A stretch of 64,000 nt of DNA. Source: Sulfolobales archaeon. Lineage in GTDB: Archaea > Thermoproteota > Thermoprotei_A > Sulfolobales > AG1. The stretch lies in the NCBI GenBank assembly GCA_038867615.1, contig JAWBYA010000001.1:192001-256000 (forward strand). The letters run 5' to 3'. The translations under genes were made by a program, and so were the position numbers. The notes below the pieces were generated by a model, which made no database searches, was not told the origin of the DNA, and saw only the letters and a list, made by a program, of their open reading frames with translations. Positions 31,059 through 41,146 of this stretch are shown piece by piece (positions within the stretch are counted from its first letter, which is position 1; every line of letters begins with the position of its first letter).

Positions 31059-33734
31059 ATGGTGGGATTCGCGTATAGGTTGTTAATAATAGCTATGCTC
31101 GTGATAATTCTATCAACAGTGGCTGGGGCTCTAGGCATCTATGCCTATCCACAGGATAGCTATGGCTTGGGCTCTAAGGTAGATCCTGATGTTCTGAGAG
31201 AGCTCTCGAGATCGGGGAGTGCTAGGGTTCTCATAATGCTTGAGGATAGCTCTGCGCAGAGAATGATCTCTGACACGGGGATCAAAGGTCCAGGCCTTGT
31301 AAAAACGCTTATGGAGAGTGCATACGATTCCCAGAGAAGCATTATTGCTAGCATTGAGGCTTCGGGGGCTGTTATCGAGGATAGGCTATGGCTTGTCAAC
31401 GCGATAGTAGCTACTGTGGATCCCAACTCGCTGAGGATTATAGCTGGTCTCGATGGTGTTAAAGGTATTATCCTTGATAGGGTTTACAAGCTTGTAGATC
31501 CTGTGGAGAAGATCTATGACGTTATCTCTATAACGCCCCAGGATAGTGTGAGTAGACGTATAGTCCAGGCGGATCTCCTCGAATCTATGGGGATCACTGG
31601 CAGAGGGGTTAGGGTTGCGGTTATAGATACAGGGATCCAGGTTAACCACCCATGGCTGATCAGAAACGGAACCAGTGTTGTCACAGCAGAGTATGACGCC
31701 ACAAGAACAGGGGTTATTAATGTATGCACCTATCTAGGAATCCCAGCCGAGCATGGAACCCATGTTGCCGGGATAATAGCGAGCCAGGATACCACCCATA
31801 GGGGGGTTGCTCCCGGCGTTGATATATATAACGTGATCGTGTTCAGCAACATCACACAGTGCGAAGGAGCCTTTAGCTCGTGGATCATAAGGGGTATTGA
31901 GTGGTCCCTCCTAGGCCCTGATGGTAGGCCTGGTACAGGTGATGAGGCCAATATAATTAGCATGAGCCTCGGCGCCCTCGCGCCTCCGTGGTTTATGCAT
32001 TATGTTGCTAGATACGTTACTCTGCTAACAGCTATATCGAGAGCCGTTGATGCTGGTGCAACTGTTGTGATAGCCGCGGGGAATGACGGGCCTGGGGGGT
32101 ATACAATAAACTATCTATGCTATGCATCTGGGGTGATATGTGTTGGTGCCGTCGACTCCAGAGCTGGGAGTCTTTCGAGAACATCTGTGGCTATATTTAG
32201 TGCACGAGGCCCCATACCATTCGATATAGCAGCGCCCGATGTGGCTGCCCCTGGTGTTGGTATAATCTCATCCATACCTATAAACAGGACGGCTGCTTTT
32301 AGCGGAACCTCTATGGCTACACCCCATGTCTCTGGCGTAGCGGCTCTCTTAAAGCAGGCTCGCCCTGGATTGTCCCCCCTCGATATTAAGAGGGCTGTTG
32401 TTCAATCAGCCTCGCCAGCACCTCTATCAGATCTCTATGAATCTCCTAATCCGTTCGATCAGGGAACAGGTGTTGTTATGGCTTTAGACGCTCTTAATAA
32501 TCCTATTAGGCTCTCCTTCTCTGGCGGTGCTCTCCAGGGGCAGACCCAGACGCTGGTTATTCCGCCTGGGTCTAGTGCTTCTGCTGCTCTGCTTGTGAGT
32601 AATATTGGGAACACTACTGTTCCTCTCAATATATATCTAACGGATCTTGTGAGCTATATGGGGTCCGGTGTTCTGAGGAATAGCTCTGCTAGCATTTCCC
32701 AGCAATCCATATCATTATCACCTGGATCTAGCTCTCAGATCACGATCTCGATATCTGTCCCCTCTAGAACCCTTCCTGGAACCTATGCTGGGTATGTGAT
32801 CGCTTCTACAGGTACTCATGCTGCAAAACTACCAATAGTAGTTGTTGTCCCGGCAACCCTTAGGGAAGATGCTACGAGCTTCTCAGCCTCTATATCTACT
32901 ATAATAGGTGCTGGGCCTCCTGAGTGGGTTACTTTCAGGCTGTATGTCCCACAAGCTGTTGATGATCTTGTAAACATAGCGTCTTACTCCGACGGGCCTC
33001 TCCCACTAACGGTATACGCTATAACCCCGAGCAATAGGTTTGTAACCTCTGTTAGCGGTCTGCGTCTCCAAGAGAGGGGTGAATATATATTGATCCTAGA
33101 GATACCTGGGTTCTACGCCCTAGCAGGCCAGGCTATAATCACGCTCTCAGCACCAAAGGTCTTGCGAGGATTATCGCAGATAGAGACCCTAGCCTCCAAC
33201 GTCTCCTCACTTAGAAGTGGCTTAGAGAGTGTTAACGCATCACTCTCACAGAGATCACAGGCTCTTGAGTCGAGGCTCGAGAGCCTAGGATCTTCTGTTG
33301 AATCGATCAGATCTGCTGTACAAATACTCAACACAAGCCTTATCCTCTCACAGCAGCAGATAGATACCCTGGGCAAGAACCTAGCATCACTCGCACAGAC
33401 AGTAAGTGAAAACACAAGATCTATATCAAACCTAACAAGCTCCTTCCAAGGGTTCGTCAGCGATACCCAGAAAAGATTCTCAGACGTAGAGGGTAGATTA
33501 TCGAAGGCCGCAAGCGATATAGCAAGCCTTAGCGAGAGGTTCTCAAGCTTCCAGAACAGCGTGCAGCAAATGCTAGCAAGCCAGCAGAACTCCATAGCCG
33601 AGATAAGGAGTAACCTATCATCACTATCACAGAGCCTTGGAAACACAACAATAGTCTCAATAGCAGGTGTAGTGCTAGCCATAATCGGGATAGCGATAGG
33701 CGCGATAGCCTTCTCAAGAACTGGAAAGAAATAA
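31059..33734 (+). CDS. secreted S8 subtilisin-like protease with coiled-coil stalk and C-terminal membrane anchor
   Basis: Signal peptide, propeptide, triad VAVIDTG / HGTHVAG / GTSMATP, AAGN, a Ser/Gln-rich heptad region, then a TM helix and KK. Confidence 0.93.
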   Translation: MVGFAYRLLIIAMLVIILSTVAGALGIYAYPQDSYGLGSKVDPDVLRELSRSGSARVLIMLEDSSAQRMISDTGIKGPGLVKTLMESAYDSQRSIIASIEASGAVIEDRLWLVNAIVATVDPNSLRIIAGLDGVKGIILDRVYKLVDPVEKIYDVISITPQDSVSRRIVQADLLESMGITGRGVRVAVIDTGIQVNHPWLIRNGTSVVTAEYDATRTGVINVCTYLGIPAEHGTHVAGIIASQDTTHRGVAPGVDIYNVIVFSNITQCEGAFSSWIIRGIEWSLLGPDGRPGTGDEANIISMSLGALAPPWFMHYVARYVTLLTAISRAVDAGATVVIAAGNDGPGGYTINYLCYASGVICVGAVDSRAGSLSRTSVAIFSARGPIPFDIAAPDVAAPGVGIISSIPINRTAAFSGTSMATPHVSGVAALLKQARPGLSPLDIKRAVVQSASPAPLSDLYESPNPFDQGTGVVMALDALNNPIRLSFSGGALQGQTQTLVIPPGSSASAALLVSNIGNTTVPLNIYLTDLVSYMGSGVLRNSSASISQQSISLSPGSSSQITISISVPSRTLPGTYAGYVIASTGTHAAKLPIVVVVPATLREDATSFSASISTIIGAGPPEWVTFRLYVPQAVDDLVNIASYSDGPLPLTVYAITPSNRFVTSVSGLRLQERGEYILILEIPGFYALAGQAIITLSAPKVLRGLSQIETLASNVSSLRSGLESVNASLSQRSQALESRLESLGSSVESIRSAVQILNTSLILSQQQIDTLGKNLASLAQTVSENTRSISNLTSSFQGFVSDTQKRFSDVEGRLSKAASDIASLSERFSSFQNSVQQMLASQQNSIAEIRSNLSSLSQSLGNTTIVSIAGVVLAIIGIAIGAIAFSRTGKK

Positions 33735-33848
33735 ACGTAAGCAGCCATACCACATAGATCTCAGACCTCATAGATTTTTTCCCATAATCTCTAACCAAGA
33801 AAAACCTATACTTAAAACAAGCCTAATAGAACTATGATTAGAGAGCAG

Positions 33849-33926
33849 GGGCCCGTAGCTCAGCCAGGATAGAGCGTCGGCCTGCGGAGCCGGAGGTCCC
33901 GGGTTCAAATCCCGGCGGGCCCGCCA
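33849..33926 (+). tRNA. tRNA-Arg(GCG), CCA encoded
   Basis: Acceptor GGGCCCG/CGGGCCC-G-CCA, anticodon arm TCGGC-CTGCGGA-GCCGG, T-loop GGTTCAAATCC. Confidence 0.96.
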
Positions 33927-34028
33927 GGCTTCTCATCATAACCTGGTTAAAAGTTCTTGATATAATCTTAGGGATCTTATTCTTGATCCTCTAGGACTGT
34001 TTGTGTGATAGGTCGTCTTGGCGAGATT

Positions 34029-35537
34029 CTATAGGGTTTTTGTGATGTATTTCTTCTCTAGGTATGATAGGTAGCTCGTTGGATCTATATCGATTCCTAG
34101 TGATCTCTTTAGGAGTTCTTTTGGAGCGTATGTTGAGCCCCATCTATGGATCTTTATTCTAAGCCATTCTCTTATTGGGGCTAGGTTGGGGGTTGATATA
34201 TAGCTATACAGGCTGCCTAGATCCTTTTCCATCGCGTCTCTTATTTGCGCGGCGATTATTGTTCCCAGTGTGTATGTTGGGAAGTATCCGACGGATCCTT
34301 GGCTCCAGTGTATGTCTTGTAATACTCCTTCGGAGTGTTTCTTGGGCTTTATCCCTAGATATCTATCCATAAGATCGTTCCACATTTCGGGCATGTCGTT
34401 AACGTTGATCTCTCCCGAGACAGCTAGCCTTTCGATTTCGAATCTAACAGCTATGTGGAGGTTATATGTAACCTCGTCAGCATCGACTCTTATCAGGCTT
34501 GGCCTTACTATGTTGAAATATCTATAGAGATCCTCTGGATCCTGGGACCAGAGGTAGCCGTTAAGAACATTTCTATAGAGATTCTCTATGAATGGCCTGC
34601 TCTTACCTATCATTAGCTCCCAGAACCTTGACTGTGATTCGTGAATCCCGAGCGATGCTCCAGTGGCTAGGGGTGATGCTCTAAGCGACTCATCTATCTG
34701 GAGCTCGTAGAGAGCGTGACCATATTCGTGGATAACCGAGAGTATTGTTCTCCTGAAATCCTTCCCTTCGTATCTCGTTGTTATCCTTACATCCCATATC
34801 CCCATGGAGGATGTGAATGGGTGTGCAGACTCGTCCAGCCTTAATCTCTTGGGGTTATGACCGAGGATCTCTAGGATCTTTTTGTTAACGCTTCTCATAA
34901 TATTAACATCATAGGGCTCTTCCTCGAGTCTGTGGTATTGTGGAAAATACCCCTCGCTCATAATTCTATCTAGGATCGATTTTAATCCTGGGGCCAGTTT
35001 ATCCATGATGCTCTTAAACTCCCTTGTTGTCAAGCCCTCTTCGTAGAGGTCTAGGAGTGCGTCGTATGGGTGCTCCCTATATCCTAGATGGTCTGCTATC
35101 TCCCTCTCGAGACCGAAGATCCTGGCTAAGTAAGGCTTGAACAGATCATAGTCATTCTTAGCCTTAGCATTTCTCCAAACAACGCTTGCTTCCGATGTGA
35201 TTCTGCTGAGCTCCTCAACAATCCTCGGAGGGATCTTTGTATAGTAGTCAACAAGCCTTCTCAGAACCCTCACAACGCCTCTCTCATAGTCGTTGAGATC
35301 CTCAGCCTTCTCAGCCCTCTCCAGCTTCTCTATAAACTCTCTCCTCGTAATCATCTTCTGGATCATTAGGTTGATCCTGCTAATAGCAATAGACCTCTCA
35401 TAAACCCCGTCCTCAGGCATGTATGTCTCTATATCCCACCCCATGAGGGATAGTGCGTGTTGGAGCGACCATATATCTGTATACTCCTCAACAAGCTCTC
35501 TAACCTCCCTCCTAACAAAGACGTTCTCAGAACCCAA
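34029..35537 (-). CDS. thermostable carboxypeptidase, M32 family
   Basis: HPF, DVRITTRY, HEYGH, HESQS, IRVDADE and GYFPTY motifs. Start moved to a TTG downstream of a TTATAAA box. Confidence 0.95.
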   Translation of the reverse strand: MGSENVFVRREVRELVEEYTDIWSLQHALSLMGWDIETYMPEDGVYERSIAISRINLMIQKMITRREFIEKLERAEKAEDLNDYERGVVRVLRRLVDYYTKIPPRIVEELSRITSEASVVWRNAKAKNDYDLFKPYLARIFGLEREIADHLGYREHPYDALLDLYEEGLTTREFKSIMDKLAPGLKSILDRIMSEGYFPQYHRLEEEPYDVNIMRSVNKKILEILGHNPKRLRLDESAHPFTSSMGIWDVRITTRYEGKDFRRTILSVIHEYGHALYELQIDESLRASPLATGASLGIHESQSRFWELMIGKSRPFIENLYRNVLNGYLWSQDPEDLYRYFNIVRPSLIRVDADEVTYNLHIAVRFEIERLAVSGEINVNDMPEMWNDLMDRYLGIKPKKHSEGVLQDIHWSQGSVGYFPTYTLGTIIAAQIRDAMEKDLGSLYSYISTPNLAPIREWLRIKIHRWGSTYAPKELLKRSLGIDIDPTSYLSYLEKKYITKTL

Positions 35538-35572
35538 GCAGGGCACCAATTTTATAATGTATGGGGGTATAA

Positions 35573-35755
35573 GGGGTTTGGGTTTCATTGTTGCTGATAT
35601 TGCTTGATATCAACCGCTCTTCATAGATCCTCTCCTGCTCAGGCTGCTTTGGGATCTTCTCATCCTGGCTCTACCGTAAAATACATAGAACTTATATGAC
35701 GTTTTCGCAGAACCACGATTTGAACCCTCATGGAACTCGAAACGGTTAGCTATGA
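35573..35755 (-). mobile_element. family A element, short degenerate copy A4
   Basis: Both ends are recognisable (GGGGTTTGGGTTTCATTG...GATATCAACCGCTC and GCAGAACCACGA...CATGGAACTCGAAACGGTTAGCTAT) around a short unrelated interior. Confidence 0.7.
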
Positions 35756-35792
35756 GTGATAACATGCGGGTCGTTAAGTTTATAAGGGGGCG

Positions 35793-35812
35793 TATCTAGA
35801 TATATCTAGATA
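35793..35812. promoter_or_regulatory. perfect 20-bp palindrome, candidate PadR operator
   Basis: TATCTAGATA-TATCTAGATA between the TATA box (35779-35785) and the PadR start. Confidence 0.7.
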
Positions 35813-35816
35813 TATC

Positions 35817-36254
35817 TTGAGGAAGGGATTGACCAAGTTGTTGGTGCTCTACCTCCTGCTGAGAGACGGGGATCTTCATGGTTATGAGATTATGAAGAAG
35901 ATTAAGAAGGAGACTAAGGGTGCCATATCACCCAGCCCTGGGAATATATACCCAGCCCTCAGAGAGTTGGCGTCTAGGGGTTTTGTGAGTGTTAGGGTTG
36001 ATGATATGGGGAGGAAGATCTATAGCCTTACAGAGAGGGGAAGAGAGTTTATTATGGAGAAAAAGGGCTTCATAGAGGAGATGCTTAGAAGCAATCCCTC
36101 GGAGGTTATAGAGGTTCTGGAGGAGATACATGCTCTGATAGTGAGTATTATGAGTGCTTGGAGAAATATGGATGAGGCTTCTAAGAAGGCTTTTGTAGAG
36201 GATCTCAGGAGGCTTAGAAGATCCCTGGGGGTAGGGATCGGTGTGGGCGGTTGA
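35817..36254 (+). CDS. PadR family transcriptional regulator
   Basis: LHGYEIMK, SPGNIYPAL and RKIYSLTERG motifs. Confidence 0.93.
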   Translation: MRKGLTKLLVLYLLLRDGDLHGYEIMKKIKKETKGAISPSPGNIYPALRELASRGFVSVRVDDMGRKIYSLTERGREFIMEKKGFIEEMLRSNPSEVIEVLEEIHALIVSIMSAWRNMDEASKKAFVEDLRRLRRSLGVGIGVGG

Positions 36255-37230
36255 GGTAGAGGATCTGCATAAGATCTATCCTGGGGGTGTTAAAGCCCTT
36301 AGCGGTGTTTCTTTCAAAGTCTCTAAAGGGGAGGTTTACTCCCTCCTAGGACCTAACGGTGCTGGGAAAACAACTACTATGAAGATCATAGCGACACTGC
36401 TTAAACCAACCTCTGGGAGGGTTATGGTTATGGGTATAGATGTCGCCTCTAACCCCGATTCTGTTAGAAAGATCATTGGCTACGTACCCCAGGATCTCTC
36501 GGCGGACGATGAGCTGACAGGAATAGAGAACGTTGTTCTCCAGGCCAGGCTCTACGGAATCCCTAAGGATAAGGCTGTGAGGAGGGCTAGAGAGTTGCTA
36601 GAGATGGTTGGGCTTGGCGAGGCTGCTAACAGGCTTGTGAAGAGCTATAGCGGTGGTATGAGGAGAAGGCTCGAGCTGGCCATGGGGCTGGTTAACGAGC
36701 CCGAGCTATTAATCCTGGACGAACCCACACTAGGGCTTGATGTGCAGTCAAAACTATCGCTCTGGGAGCATATTGAAAGGCTTAGGAAGGAGAAGAAGGT
36801 CACCATATTGATGACAACACACTATATGGATGAGGCTGATAGGCTGAGCGATAGGATAGCGATAATAGATAGGGGAAAGATCGTTGCCGAGGGTTCTCCT
36901 CAGGAGCTTAAGGCGAAGGTGGGGGGCGATGTGATAATGATCAAGATCTCATCAGACCCCCTGAAGGTCGCTGAGAAGTTGAAAATGATCGATGGTGTTC
37001 GTGGTGTTGATGTTATTGAGGGTAATATCAGGATCAAGGTGAATGTTGCTGAGACAATGCTCCCAGAGATCCTTAAGGTTTTGGGCAGCGTTGATGGTAA
37101 GATCGAGAGTATATCGATCACGAGACCCACGCTGGACCAGGTTTTCATAGAATATACAGGAAGAATGTTTAGAGACGAGGAGCCTGGCGACTTTAGGAGG
37201 CAGATGATGATCTGGAGGAGGAAGAGATGA
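36241..37230 (+). CDS. ABC exporter ATP-binding protein (DrrA-like)
   Basis: GPNGAGKT, YSGGM, LDEPT and TTHYMDEA motifs. Confidence 0.93.
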   Translation: MWAVEVEDLHKIYPGGVKALSGVSFKVSKGEVYSLLGPNGAGKTTTMKIIATLLKPTSGRVMVMGIDVASNPDSVRKIIGYVPQDLSADDELTGIENVVLQARLYGIPKDKAVRRARELLEMVGLGEAANRLVKSYSGGMRRRLELAMGLVNEPELLILDEPTLGLDVQSKLSLWEHIERLRKEKKVTILMTTHYMDEADRLSDRIAIIDRGKIVAEGSPQELKAKVGGDVIMIKISSDPLKVAEKLKMIDGVRGVDVIEGNIRIKVNVAETMLPEILKVLGSVDGKIESISITRPTLDQVFIEYTGRMFRDEEPGDFRRQMMIWRRKR

Positions 37231-38075
37231 TGGGCGCACTATACACACTATACACGCTATATGAGAGGGAGATGAGGAAGTGGTTTAGGCAGAAGGTACA
37301 GCTAGTATTCATAGTAGTCATGCCCCTAATGTGGATGGGGCTTTTTGGGAAGAGCCTTAACTTCTCAGCACTACTCAGGATCCCAGATATACCTGGGGCT
37401 GAGCAGCTTAGAAACCAGATCCAGTTGCTAATAGAGGAGTACGTGATCAAGAGATACTTCGGTGGTTATGATTACTTCTCATTTTTCGTTATAGGGATGC
37501 TGAGCGTGTTCATACTATTCACAACGATGTGGAGCGGTATGAGCCTGGTTTTTGATAGAAGGCTTGGATATCTAAACAGATTCCTCGTAGCCCCTATACC
37601 GAGGTCGAGTATTGTTATGAGCAAGATCCTCTCCTCAGTAACAAGATCACTGATCCAGGTCACAGCACTACTCATAATAGCCCTAGCACTAGGACTAAGC
37701 CTAAAACCAGGCGTGGGTGTTATTGATATAGCGATCCTATATGGTGTTATAACACTGCTAGCACTCTCTTTTTCCTCAATATTCACAGCCATTGCTGTGA
37801 GGATAACAAGCCACGATCTAGTCATATCTATAGCAAACCTTGTCAACCTACCCCTAATGTTCACAAGCAACGCGATATTCCCAGTAGAGCAGATGCCCCA
37901 ATACCTACAAATAATAGCCAGAGCAAACCCCATAACACATGCTAATGTGATAACCAGGTATCACTTACTAGGGGTAGGGGATCCGGGATCTATGGTTACA
38001 TCCACAATATATATGGTTCTCTTCGCAACAGCATCTATAGCTATAGCGATCATAGCGTCGAGAAGGATCGAGTAG
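37227..38075 (+). CDS. ABC-2 type permease (DrrB-like)
   Basis: Six hydrophobic segments, DRRLG.L...LVAP and NPITH. Confidence 0.9.
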   Translation: MMGALYTLYTLYEREMRKWFRQKVQLVFIVVMPLMWMGLFGKSLNFSALLRIPDIPGAEQLRNQIQLLIEEYVIKRYFGGYDYFSFFVIGMLSVFILFTTMWSGMSLVFDRRLGYLNRFLVAPIPRSSIVMSKILSSVTRSLIQVTALLIIALALGLSLKPGVGVIDIAILYGVITLLALSFSSIFTAIAVRITSHDLVISIANLVNLPLMFTSNAIFPVEQMPQYLQIIARANPITHANVITRYHLLGVGDPGSMVTSTIYMVLFATASIAIAIIASRRIE

Positions 38076-38230
38076 CAACTCCATGTCATAGCCTGTATAG
38101 TAAGTTAAACACCTTTCAAAGATATAGCTAGCACTCAGAGATCTCCTAGTAAAGCTCCCCAGCAGAGAAACACGCTCTCTTAGTAAATAGTTAAAAAATC
38201 TTTATCGCGAGGCTATTAGCTTTTTCAGGA

Positions 38231-39439
38231 ATGGTTCTATGGCTTATAGCTCTAAGATCTGGGGCGTTATGGTTGGTGGAAAAGAGTGTTGTGATCGTTG
38301 CAAGCTGGCTTGGCTGGTTCTCGGTATTCCTAGTCAGGTTTGCACCAGCGCCGGTGCTTATATTGATAGAGAGGAGTTTTAACCTAACCCACGGAGAGGC
38401 GAGCCTGATCTTTACGAGCTATCTGCTAGCATATGCGGTGATGCAGATCCCTGCAGGGGTGTTGAGTGATAGGATAAACCCATCTAGAGTTATAGCTATA
38501 GGTCTCGCGATCATGACGGTTTCCGGCTTCGCTATGGGTTTAAGCCCGACCTTTGTAACAATGATCATTTTATCGTTTCTAACAGGCGTGGGTGCGGGGA
38601 CTTTCTATACATCGAGCACGTCTCTGCTCTCACTCTTATTCCCACCGCGTGAGAGGGAAAAGGTTCTCGGGATAGCATATTCAGGGATAGGTACAGGAAC
38701 CTCTGCAGCAATAGCTATCGGGGGGTTTCTTGGCAACCTGCTAGGGTGGAGGGGGATCTTCTTTGCACTAGCAATACCAGGTGCTGTGAGCGCGTTTCTC
38801 TTCACAAGGATAAAGATCCCTGCTCCCAATAAACCCCGTGGGAGTGGTTTCTCAAGCCTGGGGTTAGAGGTTCTCAGGATTAGGTCTATAGCGATCTGCA
38901 TAGTGATCCATGCATTGATACTGGTAACATATTTTGGTATCACGTCATTCACACCAACCTATATAGCGATATCGATAGGTAAGAGCCTGGTTGAGGCGGG
39001 CTTATTATTCCTAGTATTCCCCTTATCAGAGATCTTGGGCGGGCTTGTGGGGGGATATATGGCTAGCAGGATCGGTTCCAAAAGGGTTCTCATGATAAGC
39101 CTTCTATCGATCTCTATAGGAACTGCAGCGATCCCGTTCATGAGGTCAGAGATCTATGTAGTCCCTATTCTATCTATTATTGGCTTGATGTTTCGGGCAG
39201 CTGCCACAACCCTTCCACTGATCGTGGTTGAGAATACCCCAAGACATATACTTGGAGCTGTTCTTGGCTGGTATAACTCCACAGGCTTTGTGGGAGCTTC
39301 TATAGGGCCCTATATGTTTGGCTATATAGCAGATCTACACGGGTTTCTCCTATCCTATATAGCCCTCTCCTTCTTCCCACTCGTGTCTGTAATGCTGCTG
39401 CGTATGTTCAAAACGGGTTATGCAGCTAAAAACACATAG
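38231..39439 (+). CDS. MFS transporter
   Basis: About 12 TM segments; motif A GVLSDRINP. Confidence 0.9.
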   Translation: MVLWLIALRSGALWLVEKSVVIVASWLGWFSVFLVRFAPAPVLILIERSFNLTHGEASLIFTSYLLAYAVMQIPAGVLSDRINPSRVIAIGLAIMTVSGFAMGLSPTFVTMIILSFLTGVGAGTFYTSSTSLLSLLFPPREREKVLGIAYSGIGTGTSAAIAIGGFLGNLLGWRGIFFALAIPGAVSAFLFTRIKIPAPNKPRGSGFSSLGLEVLRIRSIAICIVIHALILVTYFGITSFTPTYIAISIGKSLVEAGLLFLVFPLSEILGGLVGGYMASRIGSKRVLMISLLSISIGTAAIPFMRSEIYVVPILSIIGLMFRAAATTLPLIVVENTPRHILGAVLGWYNSTGFVGASIGPYMFGYIADLHGFLLSYIALSFFPLVSVMLLRMFKTGYAAKNT

Positions 39440-39447
39440 CTAGGTCT

Positions 39448-40770
39448 CTACGCTTTTACCAGCTCTTCAACGGATTTTCTAGCCGATTCAACTCCTCTAA
39501 CATACCATATTAGCGATGCTATGAGTCCGAAGGCCCATATTATAGATGCGAGGGTTAGGAAGAGGTTTGCGGGTATATATGTTTCGAAATAGACCACCAC
39601 AGCATTGCTCAGTATTGTTATGAATGTTATGAACCCGATGGTTGAAGCCCTAACACCTGTTGGGAATAGCTCGCTCTCCAGCGTGCTTAGGGAGGCCCAG
39701 GCCCATTCGGAGAAGATCATGTTTATAAACACCACTGCTAAGTATGTCTCTAGCGTGAATAGCCCGTGGATCGCTGCTAGTGTGGCTGCCGTTATAGTAC
39801 CCCCTAGGTATGATAATAACGTGGAGATCCTCCTGCTCCTATCTATGAGGGGTATTAGGATGAAGGCTCCTATAGATGCTCCGAGATTAGCTATAGCTAT
39901 ATTAAGCTCGACAGCACCGCTATAAGCGAAGCCCGCGGCATATGGTGCGTAGTAGGCGATAACGCTATAGGTTATATACTGGGATGCTGTTATTATGAGC
40001 AGTATTGCTAGTCTAAAGCTATATCTCCTCATAGCCTCGGCTAGCCCGATAGCTCTTTCTACAGGCGCGACCTTTCCAAGATCTATGGCTGTTACTCCCG
40101 CACTGCCAGCGATCCTCGATACAATGGTTCTAGCCTGTTCATACCTACCCTTCTGGATAAGCCATCTAGGGGATTCTGGTAGGTGGAATCTCGCGATAGC
40201 AACGATCGCTGCTAGCGCGGCTGCTGTTGCGACTACAGAGTTTATCTGGACATTTATATCTGTATATATAGCTCTATAGTAGAGTGCAAGGCCTGCTATT
40301 ATAGCTGCACCCACGTTCCACATGTTTGTTGATAGCATCATCGCCTTACCCCTATGCCTTGCTGGAATGAGCTCTGCTATTGCTGAGTATGCAGCGCCAA
40401 TCTCACCCCCGATCCCGAAGTTTATAGCAGATGTTAGGATCAATAGCTCGGTGAAGCCTCCGTGAAACGGTATCAGGAGGATTGTTGCGATGGTATATAT
40501 CAGGATAGATGTTATGAGCAAAACCCTCCTCCCATAGAGATCCGCAAGCCTTCCTAGAGCTAGGGCGCCTAGCATAAAGAAGATGAGGTTGACTGCAAAG
40601 ATCTCTGTAGCTCTCTCAGGCTCAACCAGATACATTATAGCAGGGGCTACTGTGAATAGAACACCGTCTAGAAAAAATGTGAGGGAGACTATTATAAAGA
40701 GCTTCCAGTGCTCTCTACCCCACCTAGCACTATCCAGCACCTCCCAGAAAGAACTCAACCATATCACCAC
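39448..40770 (-). CDS. MFS transporter (sugar/aromatic acid-like)
   Basis: GRLADLYGRR, ELIPARHRG, PESPRWL and ELFPTGVR motifs. Confidence 0.9.
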   Translation of the reverse strand: MVIWLSSFWEVLDSARWGREHWKLFIIVSLTFFLDGVLFTVAPAIMYLVEPERATEIFAVNLIFFMLGALALGRLADLYGRRVLLITSILIYTIATILLIPFHGGFTELLILTSAINFGIGGEIGAAYSAIAELIPARHRGKAMMLSTNMWNVGAAIIAGLALYYRAIYTDINVQINSVVATAAALAAIVAIARFHLPESPRWLIQKGRYEQARTIVSRIAGSAGVTAIDLGKVAPVERAIGLAEAMRRYSFRLAILLIITASQYITYSVIAYYAPYAAGFAYSGAVELNIAIANLGASIGAFILIPLIDRSRRISTLLSYLGGTITAATLAAIHGLFTLETYLAVVFINMIFSEWAWASLSTLESELFPTGVRASTIGFITFITILSNAVVVYFETYIPANLFLTLASIIWAFGLIASLIWYVRGVESARKSVEELVKA

Positions 40771-40907
40771 AACTCTGACACTATACGTAATATATAAGAA
40801 TTGCTATAGAAAATCTATAACAATAAGGAAAAAATATTAACCCATAGTTATAATACAGCTGGGACTAAGTTGAGTCAGCAATATAGACCTGATCTCTACG
40901 TTGTTCT

Positions 40908-41123
40908 ATTTCAATTCTATAGTAGATCGACCCTGCGAAGTCATGGTTTGCTTTTAGCCTAACGACATTGGGGTTTCCATCTAGGTTCGAGAGATCATTC
41001 CCTGGGCGGCTTGAAGCTCTGCTCCCATCACCGTCCAGGGTCAGTATTGAGATCAACTCATCACCAGAAACAATTCCGATCAAAGCTTATAAATACCTCC
41101 CACGAGTATCAATAAGAAAACAG
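40908..41123 (-). repeat. family B unit B1: promoter, conserved body, single CRISPR-like repeat (40908-40931)
   Basis: Aligns with 47136-47355 and with the interrupted 43408-43970; ends in GTCGATCTACTATAGAATTGAAAT on the minus strand. Confidence 0.85.
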
Positions 41124-41146
41124 TTCTTCTCATAATTTTATAGTGT

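Noticed and set aside
33849-33926. tRNA-Arg (or the other tRNAs) as an integration site
   Set aside because: No duplicated tRNA 3' end and no integrase were seen in the window.
35538-35588. N-terminal extension of the M32 carboxypeptidase
   Set aside because: It spans the gene's TATA box and the end of element A4; it is an ORF-calling artefact.
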